Of a stretch of 64,000 bases of DNA, positions 38,562-49,360 are shown piece after piece. A program made the position numbers and the translations under genes. Within the stretch, counting starts at the first letter, position 1, and the number at the start of each line of letters is the position of its first letter. The notes below the pieces were generated by a model. The model was not told the origin of the DNA. It made no database searches and saw only the letters and a program-made list of their open reading frames with translations. Origin of the DNA: Candidatus Iainarchaeum sp. (GTDB lineage Archaea; Iainarchaeota; Iainarchaeia; Iainarchaeales; JAAZKV01); NCBI GenBank assembly GCA_026397015.1, contig JAPLVR010000003.1:1-64000 (forward strand), given 5' to 3'.

Positions 38562-39743
38562 TTGGAAAAAATAAGGGTTTGCAGATTTGTCGGGGAGAAT
38601 TTTCCAAGCTTCGAAAAAATAAATTCTGGGCTGGCGCCGAACTATTACAATTTGTCAAAGGAGCTCGCCAAATTAGGGGTTGAAACATCTATCGTTTGCC
38701 CGAAAGAGAAAGGGCAAAAGTATTTCGAGGAAACCGAAGGATTCACTGTGCACAGATTTGACGCCCCGAAGTGGAAATTGGCGGAGCTTTTTTTCAACCT
38801 CCCGCTAAATTTGGCGGCTTGGAAAAAAATAAACAGCGGGATCGAAAGGGATCTGTTTCAGTTCCACAATTTCTATGCGTACTGGGTTCAAAAATTTGCA
38901 AAGGAACCGAATGTGCTAACTGTTCACGGGTGCGATATTGAAATATACAATAATGTTCCGCCGTGGCCGATTCAGATGCCGTATAAGCACTTCAAATCCA
39001 AATGGGACATAACGAGAACGCTTATTTTATCAAAAAAAATGTGTGGGAACGCCACACGTGTTGTCGGTGTAGCCAAAGCGGTAACAAAGGAAGTGAAAGA
39101 AGACTTCGGCGTTGAAAACGCAATTACAATATACAATGGCATAGACAGTAAAATATTCTTCAAAAGAAAGGAAAACCCGTTTGAAAAAAATTCTGAAACA
39201 TTCAACATACTTTTTGTCGGGCGCATAACTCCTCTGAAGGGCATTGAATACTTATTTGAGGCAGTGGATGGAATAAAAAACGCCAAATTGTTTATGATTG
39301 GCGACATGAACAAAACTGAAGAGACTTATATGAAAATTATTCTCAGCAAAATAAAAAACAAAGAAAACATAATTTTTCTTGGAAAAGTGCCGAACATGGA
39401 ACTGCCAAAGTATTATTCCGGCGCGGATTGCATGATTTTGCCGTCGCTCGCGGAAGGATTTCCGAAGGTTGTTATTGAGGCAATGGCTTGTGGGTGCCCG
39501 GTAATCGCAACAAATGTTTCCGGAAATCCGGAAGTGGTGAATGAAAAAACAGGTTATCTTGTGGAACCGAAAAACAGCGCGCAACTAAGAGCAAAAATAT
39601 TGCACGTAATGCAGAATAGAGAAGAGGCAAAGAAAATGGCGCAGACTGCCTGCAAAATGATTCTTGAAAAATTTACGTGGGAAAATTCTGCAAAAGATTA
39701 CGCAAAACTTTACAAAAAGATGATGGCAGAGAAAAGCAGATAG
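38562..39743 (+). CDS. GT4 glycosyltransferase
   Basis: FVGRI..KG and EGFPKVVIEAMACG. Confidence 0.93.
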   Translation: MEKIRVCRFVGENFPSFEKINSGLAPNYYNLSKELAKLGVETSIVCPKEKGQKYFEETEGFTVHRFDAPKWKLAELFFNLPLNLAAWKKINSGIERDLFQFHNFYAYWVQKFAKEPNVLTVHGCDIEIYNNVPPWPIQMPYKHFKSKWDITRTLILSKKMCGNATRVVGVAKAVTKEVKEDFGVENAITIYNGIDSKIFFKRKENPFEKNSETFNILFVGRITPLKGIEYLFEAVDGIKNAKLFMIGDMNKTEETYMKIILSKIKNKENIIFLGKVPNMELPKYYSGADCMILPSLAEGFPKVVIEAMACGCPVIATNVSGNPEVVNEKTGYLVEPKNSAQLRAKILHVMQNREEAKKMAQTACKMILEKFTWENSAKDYAKLYKKMMAEKSR

Positions 39744-39766
39744 AGAATTATTTTTCACACAAAAAA

Positions 39767-40390
39767 TTATTTTTTGCACAAAAAAGTAAGCCCGGTTGCA
39801 AACACTGAAGGAAAAAGTTTCTTGCCAGTATACGATTCCTTTATCACTTTCAATTCTGAATCGGAAATCATTTGAATTATTTTTTTTCTGTTAAAGAAGC
39901 GAATGTGCGCCGCCCTGCCGCTGAAAACGTCGGGCATATTTCCCAACAAAAAATTAATTCTGAAACGCCAATATGAATGATTTGGAACATTAATTATGAC
40001 AAACTTATTTGAAACGCGCTTCATCTCGACAAGCAAACCTTCTGGATTAAAAACATGCATCAAAACTTGAACACAAATAACACAATCAAAGCTGTTTTCC
40101 TTGAAGGGGAGACGCCCGTCCAAATCGACTTTCTTTACCATTAAGCCGTTTTTAGCGGCCTCTTTTAACGCCACATCTGAAATATCAATTCCTGTTACAT
40201 CAATTCCTTTGCTTTTTAGGCTTGACATTAGTTCGCCTCTGCCACAGCCGACGTCGAGAACACTTGAAACTTCAGGCAGGATGGAAATCACAGACATATT
40301 TGCACTATTTGGGGCCCGTTTTGAATCTTTATTGCGTGAAATCTTGACCGCCCAATTGTCATTGTGCAACCTTTCCCTCACCGAATTCAT
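39767..40390 (-). CDS. class I methyltransferase (MetW-like)
   Basis: VLDVGCGRG, NVPN, HIRFF. Confidence 0.87.
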   Translation of the reverse strand: MNSVRERLHNDNWAVKISRNKDSKRAPNSANMSVISILPEVSSVLDVGCGRGELMSSLKSKGIDVTGIDISDVALKEAAKNGLMVKKVDLDGRLPFKENSFDCVICVQVLMHVFNPEGLLVEMKRVSNKFVIINVPNHSYWRFRINFLLGNMPDVFSGRAAHIRFFNRKKIIQMISDSELKVIKESYTGKKLFPSVFATGLTFLCKK

Positions 40391-40476
40391 AAAATAAGCT
40401 AAACCAAAAGTGTTAATAAATTCTTTGAATACGACTGAATCAAAAGCCTTTTATATGCTCAATGCTGATTTATTTC

Positions 40477-41646
40477 ATGAAACTGCTTGACAGCGCATAT
40501 AGAAAAAGAAAATCATACTTTTACAAGATGATTAACGGAAAGGCGCTTGAAAAAGAGTTGGAAAAGGATGAAACGACCGAAGAAAAGGAAAAGAAGTTTG
40601 AAAAAAAATTCGCCAAATTTATGGGGGTAAAACATGCATCACTTTTTGGCTCTGGCAACCACGCATTGATTACTGGGCTGGAGATGTCAAAGCTTGAAAA
40701 AGAAAGCGATATTTTAATCCAGGCGTTTACATGCAAACAGGTTCCGAGAATTATTTCAACAATTTATAACAGCCAATTGGCAGACATTGATGAAAGTTAC
40801 AATATTGACCTTTCCAAAGCGCAAGTATTGACTGGAAAAAAAACCAAAGCCATTCAGGCGATTTATTCGTACGGCAAGGCGATTAACTCAAAAAAAATCC
40901 AAGAGTTTTGTAAAAAAAATGAATTGATTCTTATCGAGGATTGCGCGCATTCATTGGGTGCGAAAAACGGAAAAAAAGCCGGTTCCATTGGAGAGTTCAG
41001 CATATTCAGCCTGCGAAAAAACCTGCCGGTGGGAAGCGGTGGGGTTCTCTGCACCAGCAACAACGAGTTTTACGATGAAATACTGCGCGAAAAAGAGGAT
41101 TCGAGCAGAAAGTTTGGAATAAAAAAGAAACTACTTGAAAAGCCGATAGTTTTTTTCAGAAAAAACTTTCCGCATGCGGGCGCACCATATGTTTTTTTGA
41201 GTAAATTGGGATACGGCAAGGAAGAAATGAATAAAGAACTGCTCGACAGGTTTGAAATCTCACTTGCAACACATTCTCTCACAATTCTGCCAGAAATAAT
41301 AAATAAAACGGTTGCAAATTCAAAGCTTTTGATGGATGAGCTCGGAACGGAAAAGTTTATTTTTCCGCGCGAAGAAAAAAAAGAAATCAATGTTTACACG
41401 CGCGTGCCGATTTTTTTCAAACGCCCAAACAAAGCGGTCGAAAAAATATGGTGGAAACTGCAGCAGGAGGGCTTCGAAACAGGGCTTTTTTACAAAACCG
41501 ATTTTGAAATTACCGCCGGCGGGAAAAAAGAAAACTTTCTTTTTTCAGTTAAAGCGGCGGAACATATGGTTCCAGTCGGTGTCCAGGGCTTGGACGAAAA
41601 ACAAATAATAGAGCTTGCTGAAAGGATAAAGAGCTTTTCAAAATAG
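40477..41646 (+). CDS. DegT/DnrJ-family PLP sugar aminotransferase (divergent)
   Basis: IEDCAHS and FSLRKNLPVGSGG (PLP Lys). Confidence 0.85.
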   Translation: MKLLDSAYRKRKSYFYKMINGKALEKELEKDETTEEKEKKFEKKFAKFMGVKHASLFGSGNHALITGLEMSKLEKESDILIQAFTCKQVPRIISTIYNSQLADIDESYNIDLSKAQVLTGKKTKAIQAIYSYGKAINSKKIQEFCKKNELILIEDCAHSLGAKNGKKAGSIGEFSIFSLRKNLPVGSGGVLCTSNNEFYDEILREKEDSSRKFGIKKKLLEKPIVFFRKNFPHAGAPYVFLSKLGYGKEEMNKELLDRFEISLATHSLTILPEIINKTVANSKLLMDELGTEKFIFPREEKKEINVYTRVPIFFKRPNKAVEKIWWKLQQEGFETGLFYKTDFEITAGGKKENFLFSVKAAEHMVPVGVQGLDEKQIIELAERIKSFSK

Positions 41647-41678
41647 CCCAGATTCAAAGTATTGCAAAAAAAATGAAG

Positions 41679-42632
41679 CTACTTTTTCAACTTTGAGAGA
41701 ATTTTTGCGACACCTAATCTTTTTTTGTACGCGTGATACTCAACAACTTTCCCGAATTTTTTCTTGAAACGATTAACATTGAATTTCTTTGAGCCCTCTT
41801 TGGCGTCAACCGCGATGTTGCTCAAATCGAACTGAACAAAGCCGTTTGAATTTGCCCACTTCATTGCATGCCATTTCAAAATATCATTAGGGAATAAACT
41901 CCTTTTTTCCCAATTGCTGGAAATGCTCAATTCGTAAACGCTTTTGCCGAAAGAACCGACCATAAGACCGGCTGCAAAAACACCATCTGAATCGCGCAAA
42001 ACAAAAAATTTTCCAACCTTATTTTCAATTATTTCTTCGTAAAGCGCATCAAAAAATTTTTTTGGATAAACTTCCAACCCCTCGGATTCATGGTGTTTTT
42101 TATAATACAGATAATAATCCCCCAAATCAGTTTTCCCACCCTCTGAAACAGCTTCCGAAAAGGCCCTGCATTTAGTCAGATTTTTTCTTGCTGCATGCCC
42201 AAGTGAACCAAACAGGTCTGCCTCGGGCATTTCGAGGCGTGCAACGACATTCTGCATTTTTATCGATTCAAATCCATTGAATAATTCCGGCTTATTCCAC
42301 ACAGTTGAACCCCAAATGGTAATTGAAATAATTCTGCGCCTGCGGCATTCTTCCTCAACCGCTGCCAAAAGTTCGGGCAAAAAGCTCTCATTTGAAATCA
42401 CTGGCGGCGCAAATGCCACAAATCCAGTGCCTAATTTTGAAGCAACTCCTTTCAGCGGTTGTTCGAAGCCGAGAAGCATTGAATCATTGGAACAAAAAAA
42501 AATCGGTTTGAAGCCGAAAGATTTTTGCATCACACGAGCATACTCTTTTGTGGAATAGATATGCGCCGCCCCAAACTTTAGAAGTCTCTCATCCCAGAAT
42601 TCAGGCGCAGGTTCGGTTATGCTAATTGCCAT
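41679..42632 (-). CDS. FemABX/GNAT-like transferase
   Basis: ARKNL, PNDILKWHAMKWA, FDL, RFKKKFG. Confidence 0.82.
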   Translation of the reverse strand: MAISITEPAPEFWDERLLKFGAAHIYSTKEYARVMQKSFGFKPIFFCSNDSMLLGFEQPLKGVASKLGTGFVAFAPPVISNESFLPELLAAVEEECRRRRIISITIWGSTVWNKPELFNGFESIKMQNVVARLEMPEADLFGSLGHAARKNLTKCRAFSEAVSEGGKTDLGDYYLYYKKHHESEGLEVYPKKFFDALYEEIIENKVGKFFVLRDSDGVFAAGLMVGSFGKSVYELSISSNWEKRSLFPNDILKWHAMKWANSNGFVQFDLSNIAVDAKEGSKKFNVNRFKKKFGKVVEYHAYKKRLGVAKILSKLKK

Positions 42633-42665
42633 AAAAATAACCGTAAGAACTAATCATTCAACAAA

Positions 42666-43808
42666 TCATTTTGAAAACTTTTTCAGCCCTTCCAAAAGAA
42701 CCTCGACGACTTTTTTGCACTCGCTATCTTTTAGACGCAGATGAATTGGGAGAGTTATTAACTGCTCTGATTTTTTATGCGCATTAGGGCAAGAGCCTTT
42801 TGCATAAGAATACATCTTATATTCGGTGTTGTCCGTGTAATGCACACCCGGGTAAATATCATTATCATAAAAGTACTGCATTATTTCATCACGGTTATTA
42901 ACGCATATCTGGTAAAGGTGCCGCGAACTTACGCAGTCGGGTGCAGTTCTGACTATTTCGACTCCTTTAACACCTTCAAGAAGCTTATCATAAAGCGCGG
43001 CGATTTCTCTACGCCTGGAATTGTCTTCCTCCAAATATTTAAGTTGCACGAGGGCGATAGCTGCGGCAACCGCATTGCCGTGATATTTAAATCCGACATC
43101 TTCAACGTCATATTTCCACTTATAACCGCCTTTATTATTGTTGAAACGCTTATAAGTGTCTTTACTTATGCCCATCCAGCTAAGTTTCCATGCTTTTTTG
43201 TCAAGCCCATCGTCGGCAAAACAAATCATTCCGGAATCCGATGTCGGCAGATTTTTTATAGCCTGAAAACTGAAAACCGCGACATCCGCTTCGGAACCGA
43301 CATGCTTTCCATTTATTTTTGTTCCAGCCATGTGCGCGGCGTCAAGTATTAACTTCAATCCGTGTTTCTTACACAACTTAACAATTTCAAGATATTTTCC
43401 GGTGTTGCCGCCGATTCCGACAAACATCACCGCTTTTGTTTTTTTTGTTATTTTAGATTCAACCGATTTCGGATCAAGGCATAAGTATTGGTCAACGTCG
43501 GCAAAAACGGGCTTTAGATTTTCGTATAATATTGCGTGATTGGTGGAAACAAATGTAAGAGGCGTAGTTATTATTTCATCGCCGTTTTTCCACCCGAACT
43601 TTTTTTTAAGCACGCGAACAGCCAGATGCAAACCTGCCGTATTTGAGTTCAAAAAGTGCGCATTTTTAATGCCGACATATTCCTTCCATTTTTCTTCAAA
43701 TTCAACTGTTTTGAAGCCGACGCCGGTCCACCCCTTATCTAAGCACTGCCTTATTTCTTCGAGCACTTCTTCAGTATGGAATTTTGGAACAAAAACATTT
43801 ATCAACAT
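42666..43808 (-). CDS. DegT/DnrJ-family PLP sugar aminotransferase
   Basis: TFVST, DAAH, FSFQAIKNL, GFKY. Confidence 0.93.
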   Translation of the reverse strand: MLINVFVPKFHTEEVLEEIRQCLDKGWTGVGFKTVEFEEKWKEYVGIKNAHFLNSNTAGLHLAVRVLKKKFGWKNGDEIITTPLTFVSTNHAILYENLKPVFADVDQYLCLDPKSVESKITKKTKAVMFVGIGGNTGKYLEIVKLCKKHGLKLILDAAHMAGTKINGKHVGSEADVAVFSFQAIKNLPTSDSGMICFADDGLDKKAWKLSWMGISKDTYKRFNNNKGGYKWKYDVEDVGFKYHGNAVAAAIALVQLKYLEEDNSRRREIAALYDKLLEGVKGVEIVRTAPDCVSSRHLYQICVNNRDEIMQYFYDNDIYPGVHYTDNTEYKMYSYAKGSCPNAHKKSEQLITLPIHLRLKDSECKKVVEVLLEGLKKFSK

Positions 43809-43821
43809 AAAACCACATGCC

Positions 43822-44283
43822 CTAATAATTTTTTCTCTCCCAGTTATACGGAATAGATTTGTCGTCAAAAGGCAAACGAAATTCATCTGGATTTTTATAG
43901 TTGTATATCTGTGTTGGAATATTCAGCACCATTGCCTCGGTTTCAGAAATGCATTTGAAACCGTGATATACAAAAGGAGGAATTTGAAGCAATTTGTTGT
44001 TCTGCTCGCCCAAAAAAAATTCATTCAGCAACCCTTTGGTTTTTGAATCTACTCTGCTATCATAAATTACAATTTTCATCATTCCTTTAAGCACCACAAA
44101 ATTGTCATATTGCCCCTTATGAAAATGCCATGCTTTTACAACCCCGGGATAGGCGGCCGTGACATATGCTTGCCCGAATCCTTTGAAAACAGGATCGTCG
44201 GAACGCAAAATTTCCATTAATCTACCGCGCTCGTCCGGAAAAACTTTTAAATCCTTCAATATCACCCCATCAATCAATTCCAT
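43822..44283 (-). CDS. dTDP-4-dehydrorhamnose 3,5-epimerase family cupin
   Basis: DERG, KAWHFH, IPPFVYHGF. Confidence 0.9.
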   Translation of the reverse strand: MELIDGVILKDLKVFPDERGRLMEILRSDDPVFKGFGQAYVTAAYPGVVKAWHFHKGQYDNFVVLKGMMKIVIYDSRVDSKTKGLLNEFFLGEQNNKLLQIPPFVYHGFKCISETEAMVLNIPTQIYNYKNPDEFRLPFDDKSIPYNWERKNY

Positions 44284-44451
44284 CAAAGCCGCCCCCAAAA
44301 TTAATTTCTTAAAAACATTCGTAGTCAAAAAATTGATGCATCACCAACTATTACAAAAAGAATTACCTATAATTATTATAAATCAACCGAGAATTAGTAC
44401 AGTTTTCGTTTGTACCATAAACACTTAAAAAGCAAGGAAACTTTTTATATC

Positions 44452-45435
44452 ATGCCTAAAAGCATTCTTGTTACGGGCGGAGCCGGATACGTCGGCTACA
44501 CTGTGGTCGAGCGACTGGCAAAAAAATATCCAAGGGCAAAAATAATTATTTTTGACAATTTTTCCAAGGGAAAAATAGAGGGAGTTTCGGTTCTAAAAAA
44601 AAGGCACAAAAATATTGTATTAATCCCTTGGGAAAAGGCAGATATAAGGAGTTCCGAAAACGTCGAAGCCGTTTTCAGGCAGTATAAACCGGATGTTGTT
44701 GTGCACCTGGCGGCAATAGTTGACGCTTTCGCCACCAATTTGCGGGGCAAAGATCTCGAGTGCAGAATGGTGAACCAAAATGCGGCGATAGAGCTGGCAA
44801 AAATAGCAAAACGCAACGGCACAAAAATATTTGTCTTCCAATGCAGTGTCAGCATATACAGCAGGGGGGTTGAATTAAAGGAACCGGCTGAAAAGGCGCC
44901 GCTTTCAACTTACGGCAAAACAAAAATGATTGCCGAAAGGAAAATAATTTCACTCAGCGACGATTCATTCAAAGTTATTTCACTGAGGCCCGCGACTGTT
45001 GTCGGCTTTAACCCGTGCTTCAGATTTGAAACGATAATAAATTTGGTATGCGCGAGATCGGTTTATGGCGTTCCAACAAGGGTCTTTGAAAGCGCCCTGC
45101 GGGGGGACAAAACATATTTGCACTTGAAGGACAATGCTGCGGCGATCCTCTTTGCAATAGAACACAAGGACACAATGAATGGCAGGTGCTTCAATGTCAC
45201 TTCTTTCCACACGAATCTTGAAGAGGTGCTTAAAATCGTAAAAAAATATCTGAAAGAGGATTTCGCATACGAGATAGTTAGGGAAAAATCAATCAACCAG
45301 CAGGTATACACAATCAATTCGGACAAAATAAAGGGCGAAGGATTTAAGCCGAAAGGAAACCTTGATGAAGCGGTAAAAGAAATGATTCAAAATCTGAAAA
45401 AAATAAGAAATTTTTACAACAATCTAGCCAAATAA
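44452..45435 (+). CDS. NAD-dependent sugar epimerase/dehydratase
   Basis: TGGAGYVG, HLAA, YGKTK. Confidence 0.9.
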   Translation: MPKSILVTGGAGYVGYTVVERLAKKYPRAKIIIFDNFSKGKIEGVSVLKKRHKNIVLIPWEKADIRSSENVEAVFRQYKPDVVVHLAAIVDAFATNLRGKDLECRMVNQNAAIELAKIAKRNGTKIFVFQCSVSIYSRGVELKEPAEKAPLSTYGKTKMIAERKIISLSDDSFKVISLRPATVVGFNPCFRFETIINLVCARSVYGVPTRVFESALRGDKTYLHLKDNAAAILFAIEHKDTMNGRCFNVTSFHTNLEEVLKIVKKYLKEDFAYEIVREKSINQQVYTINSDKIKGEGFKPKGNLDEAVKEMIQNLKKIRNFYNNLAK

Positions 45436-45489
45436 ATCGCCTTCCAACCAAAAAAATTCAAACAAAACAAAAAATTTACTCAAAATATT

Positions 45490-46497
45490 CTACGCGCGCA
45501 ATTCCAAAACAAGGTTCTCAAACTTTTCACAGAAGGGCACAATGTCATACTGCTTCACAAGCCTACGCCCCATTTTTCCCGCTTTGCCCCTAAATGATTT
45601 ATTTTTAACGAGACGGTGCAACGCATTGAACCACTCATCTTCATTGTTGTTTGTTGAAATCAGGAAGCCGCTCCTTTCGTTTTCTATTAACTTTTTATTT
45701 ACGCCGACTGCGGTGGCAACACATGGAATTCCTGCGGCCATATACTGCAATAACTTGTAACCGCCTTTGCCCCTGTTCTCAGTATCATCCCTTATTGGCA
45801 TTACTCCAATATCAAATTCGGCCAAGTCTTTGCGTTCTTTTTCAAGGCTCCACTGCCTGTACTCAACCTGTATATTTTTGAATTCGTGATTTACCCTTTC
45901 TGTCGTTCCACCAATAATGACAAATCTAACTTTTGAACCCACTTTTTTTCCAATCCTTTCAAGGGCATTTGCAATAAGATTAATATTTTTGCTTGTGTTT
46001 GGGCTTCCAATCCAACCAATAGTAACCAAAGAAGATTTTTTTCTAAAATTCAAACATTTGGAATAATATGCAAAATTAATAGGGCCCAGAAGAATTTCAA
46101 CCCTTGCTTTCGGATTGACTTTTTTGCAATGCACCCTGTTGAATTCGTTTTCAACCAGAACCAAATCCGCGAGTTTCACAAATTCATCAACTTCGGGCCA
46201 CTTCATGTAGGACGGGTCATCAAGGTCGTAAATAATTTTTTTCCCGATGGATTTCATCAACTTCACAATAAATAGGATGCGCCTTGAAACGCTTTTCTGG
46301 ACAAAAAGAATATCAAAAAAAGGCGCCTTGAGAATGAATTCAAGCTCTCTTCCCCTGAATCCAAGGCCTGCGCCGGTGCATATTGTTGAATGGATTCTTT
46401 TATTTTTGAGCCGTGGAAGAATCTCATATACCCGCGTCCTCGAACTTGCAAGATTGTAATTTCCAAGAGGGAGGGCAAGAATTTTTATTTCAGCCAT
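45490..46497 (-). CDS. GT4 glycosyltransferase
   Basis: IGWIGS, DIGVMP, GKGGYKLLQYMAAG. Confidence 0.9.
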   Translation of the reverse strand: MAEIKILALPLGNYNLASSRTRVYEILPRLKNKRIHSTICTGAGLGFRGRELEFILKAPFFDILFVQKSVSRRILFIVKLMKSIGKKIIYDLDDPSYMKWPEVDEFVKLADLVLVENEFNRVHCKKVNPKARVEILLGPINFAYYSKCLNFRKKSSLVTIGWIGSPNTSKNINLIANALERIGKKVGSKVRFVIIGGTTERVNHEFKNIQVEYRQWSLEKERKDLAEFDIGVMPIRDDTENRGKGGYKLLQYMAAGIPCVATAVGVNKKLIENERSGFLISTNNNEDEWFNALHRLVKNKSFRGKAGKMGRRLVKQYDIVPFCEKFENLVLELRA

Positions 46498-46577
46498 ACT
46501 TTCACCCAAAACAGACAAACAAGCCTAGCTACTGACAGTACCAATAGGTTTAAAATACTAAAAAAGCTTTTTGGTTT

Positions 46578-47507
46578 ATGCATAAGCTCTCAATGATAGT
46601 AAACGCCTACAACGAGGAAAAGAATTTGCCCTCGTGCATCGCGTCGCTCAAAGACCAATCCGTAAAACTTTTTGAAATAATTGTAGTGGACAACGGGAGC
46701 ACCGATAAAACTGCGGAAGTGGCAAAAAAAGCCGGCGCAAAGGTTTTCAGCATAAAACCGCGAAGCAGGGGACTTGCAAGGGACTACGGATTGAGAAAAG
46801 CAAAAGGAAACATAATTGCCTATCTTGATTCAGACATGGTCGTTAACAGAGACTGGACAAAGGAAATTTTAAAAAAATTTGACGAGGGCACAAATTTTGT
46901 TGTCGATAGAATTCATGTTTGGAAGCCTGACAACCCCTACACAAAGAGTCTTGACACCTTCTACACTTTCAGAATAGACAACGATTACAAGCCCTTTACT
47001 GCATGGGCATACAGAAAAGATTTGTTAAAAAAAATTGGCGGGTACAAGGATGTTTGGCTTGAAGACGCGGAATTGGCGCAGCGCATATTCAAAGCAGGGT
47101 ACAAAATAGTGCTTGCGGATAAGGCCATAAGGTATCACAAGGGCTCGCCTCGAACTTTTTATGATACAATAAAAAGGAATTATTTCTTCGGCTTTCATGA
47201 TGCAAAAAGCGTTTACACCAAATATCCTGGAACACTTCCAAAAAAGAGGCTTGCGGCATATCTGCTGTTCATGGGCTTTGAAGCAGCTGCAATAATTTCC
47301 TCGCTCGCTCTTTGGAATACCACCTTCCTGCTTTGGATTCCAATATCGATTTTGCTTCTTTATTTCGCCCTGCTGGCGAAATTTTTATTCATAAATAAGG
47401 CATTCGGAAAAATTTCTTTCACAAACTGCATACTGATAAGTTATGCCTCGCTAATCCGCGCCCTCATCTGGCCGGCGGGGATAATAAGGGGATACTTTTT
47501 CAACTGA
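46578..47507 (+). CDS. GT2 glycosyltransferase with C-terminal TMs
   Basis: YNEE, DNGSTD, YLDSD, LEDAEL. Confidence 0.9.
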   Translation: MHKLSMIVNAYNEEKNLPSCIASLKDQSVKLFEIIVVDNGSTDKTAEVAKKAGAKVFSIKPRSRGLARDYGLRKAKGNIIAYLDSDMVVNRDWTKEILKKFDEGTNFVVDRIHVWKPDNPYTKSLDTFYTFRIDNDYKPFTAWAYRKDLLKKIGGYKDVWLEDAELAQRIFKAGYKIVLADKAIRYHKGSPRTFYDTIKRNYFFGFHDAKSVYTKYPGTLPKKRLAAYLLFMGFEAAAIISSLALWNTTFLLWIPISILLLYFALLAKFLFINKAFGKISFTNCILISYASLIRALIWPAGIIRGYFFN

Positions 47508-47613
47508 AAAAAACCTTAATCACTTTTTTCTTTTTTGTCGAATCTTCTTTTGCAATTCCAACAAAAACTGGTTCGCCGATTTCCCCGGACCCTATTATAG
47601 TCGTCATTTTCAT
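47500..47613 (-). pseudogene. truncated Rossmann-fold (nucleotide-sugar dehydrogenase-like) remnant
   Basis: Hand translation MKMTTIIGSGEIGEPVFVGIAKEDSTKKKKVIKVFFS*; GxGxxG motif; GGGTG directly before the ATG. Confidence 0.45.
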
Positions 47614-47639
47614 CACCCGCAGGCAAAGATCAAAAAAAT

Positions 47640-48629
47640 TTAGAGCTGGTTCAGCGCCGAGCCCTTGTCTTCGAATACACCGTAATATTTTCTGAACCAG
47701 TCAATCGTTCTCTTCAATCCATCGTCAAAAGAAACTTTCGGTTCCCAGCCGAGAATTTTTTTGGCTTTTGAGGAATCGGAATACATCCTCCATATCTCAT
47801 TCGGCCTGTATGGCAAGTCACCTATTCCAAGCGCAGATTTTGAGCCCGAGAACTTAACTATCTTTTTCGCCAAGTCTGCGATTGAAACCTCGTGGCTTTT
47901 CCCGCTGCCCACATTTATTACTTTTCCAACGGCCTCCTCTTTTTGCGCGGCCAGGATGAAACCTTCGATTGTATCATCGACAAAATTAAATTCGCGGGTT
48001 TGCTCGCCCTTCGTAGTGCTTATTCTTTCATTTTTAAACGCCTTCAGAATAAGCTCGGGAATAACGGCTGAGGGACTTTGGTATGGACCAAACACATTAA
48101 ACGGGCGCAGAACAACAATCGGATCATTTTTTACGCGCTGTTTCATTCTTACATAAAGTTCGCCGGCATATTTTGTAACAGAGTAGGGGCTTGACGGATT
48201 CGGACAGGCTGTTTCGATAAAGGGTTGAGTTTCCTGTAGACCGTAAACTTCGCTTGTCGAAGTGTACACAAACCTTTCATACCCTTCGCAGGATTCAAGC
48301 AAATTTGCCGTGCCTTTCGCATCCACGTCGAAGCATTCCTGCACATGGCTAAAGCTTCTTCCCACATGGTTGAAAGCGGCAAGATGAAAAATTATTTCGG
48401 GCGCGAGCTTCTTTATCTGCTGCATCGAGTCAAAATTTCTTATGTCGCCCTCAATAATGTTCAATTTTTCCCAGACCGGGCTGAGCCTAATGTTTACCAC
48501 CTTTTCCTGGTATTGGACTAAAACGGAAACTTTCGCGCCTTCGTTCAAGAGCCGCTTTGTCAAGTGGCTGCCTATAAATCCTGCACCGCCCGTAACGAGA
48601 ACATTTTTTCCCTTAAAAAAATTTGCCAT
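47640..48629 (-). CDS. NAD-dependent sugar epimerase/4,6-dehydratase
   Basis: TGGAGFIG, STSEVYG, YSVTK, TREFNFV. Confidence 0.93.
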   Translation of the reverse strand: MANFFKGKNVLVTGGAGFIGSHLTKRLLNEGAKVSVLVQYQEKVVNIRLSPVWEKLNIIEGDIRNFDSMQQIKKLAPEIIFHLAAFNHVGRSFSHVQECFDVDAKGTANLLESCEGYERFVYTSTSEVYGLQETQPFIETACPNPSSPYSVTKYAGELYVRMKQRVKNDPIVVLRPFNVFGPYQSPSAVIPELILKAFKNERISTTKGEQTREFNFVDDTIEGFILAAQKEEAVGKVINVGSGKSHEVSIADLAKKIVKFSGSKSALGIGDLPYRPNEIWRMYSDSSKAKKILGWEPKVSFDDGLKRTIDWFRKYYGVFEDKGSALNQL

Positions 48630-48664
48630 TAAACCAACTCCTCCAAATCTACTCAAACCCGAAT

Positions 48665-49360
48665 TTATCCAAATACATAACTAAAAACTTTTATCTTGCT
48701 TTCGGCTTCCTTTTTTTCGTGTTCGGTATTGAAAGTTATGTGCTCCCCTCTGTGTTTGTGGGCAAACATTTTTCCACTGGAAACCACCATGTCAAGAAAT
48801 GGAATCCATTCGAAGCGATTCGCCCCCTTCAAAACCTTTTTTTCGAAAACATAAAATCCAATATTAAACCAAAACGGCAGCAGCGGCTTTTCCTTGAAAC
48901 ATGTTACTTTCGCGCCTTTTGTTTCCATTAATCCGAATGGGCTCGCCATCTGATAAAGAACGTTTGTTATAAGAGCCTTTTTCCTTTTATGAAGCGCAAC
49001 CAATTTATTCAAATCAACATCCGCAACTGTATCGCCGTAACAAACAACAAACCGTTCCCCGCAAAATTTGCTCGCATCCATTATCCTTTCAAGCATCGAG
49101 GCGGCTGGGCCTGAATTCACAAATTTTACCTTCCATTTCTTTCTGGAAAAATTCTTGACCGAACTTTCAATCAGTTTTGCCTTATACCCTGTACAGACAA
49201 TAAAATCGTCGAACCCTTGGGAGGCGCAAAGCTGCATCAAGTACTGCAAAACGGGCTTGTTCTTTAACTCAACCAGCGGCTTTGGGATCTCTTTTGTCAG
49301 GGGCATCAGGCGCACGCCCTTTCCGCCGCAAAGAATCACAATTTTCGTGCTTCCCATCAT
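48665..49360 (-). CDS. sugar-1-phosphate nucleotidyltransferase (RfbF-like)
   Basis: LCGGKGVRL..PKPL, CYGD, FKEKP. Confidence 0.9.
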   Translation of the reverse strand: MMGSTKIVILCGGKGVRLMPLTKEIPKPLVELKNKPVLQYLMQLCASQGFDDFIVCTGYKAKLIESSVKNFSRKKWKVKFVNSGPAASMLERIMDASKFCGERFVVCYGDTVADVDLNKLVALHKRKKALITNVLYQMASPFGLMETKGAKVTCFKEKPLLPFWFNIGFYVFEKKVLKGANRFEWIPFLDMVVSSGKMFAHKHRGEHITFNTEHEKKEAESKIKVFSYVFG

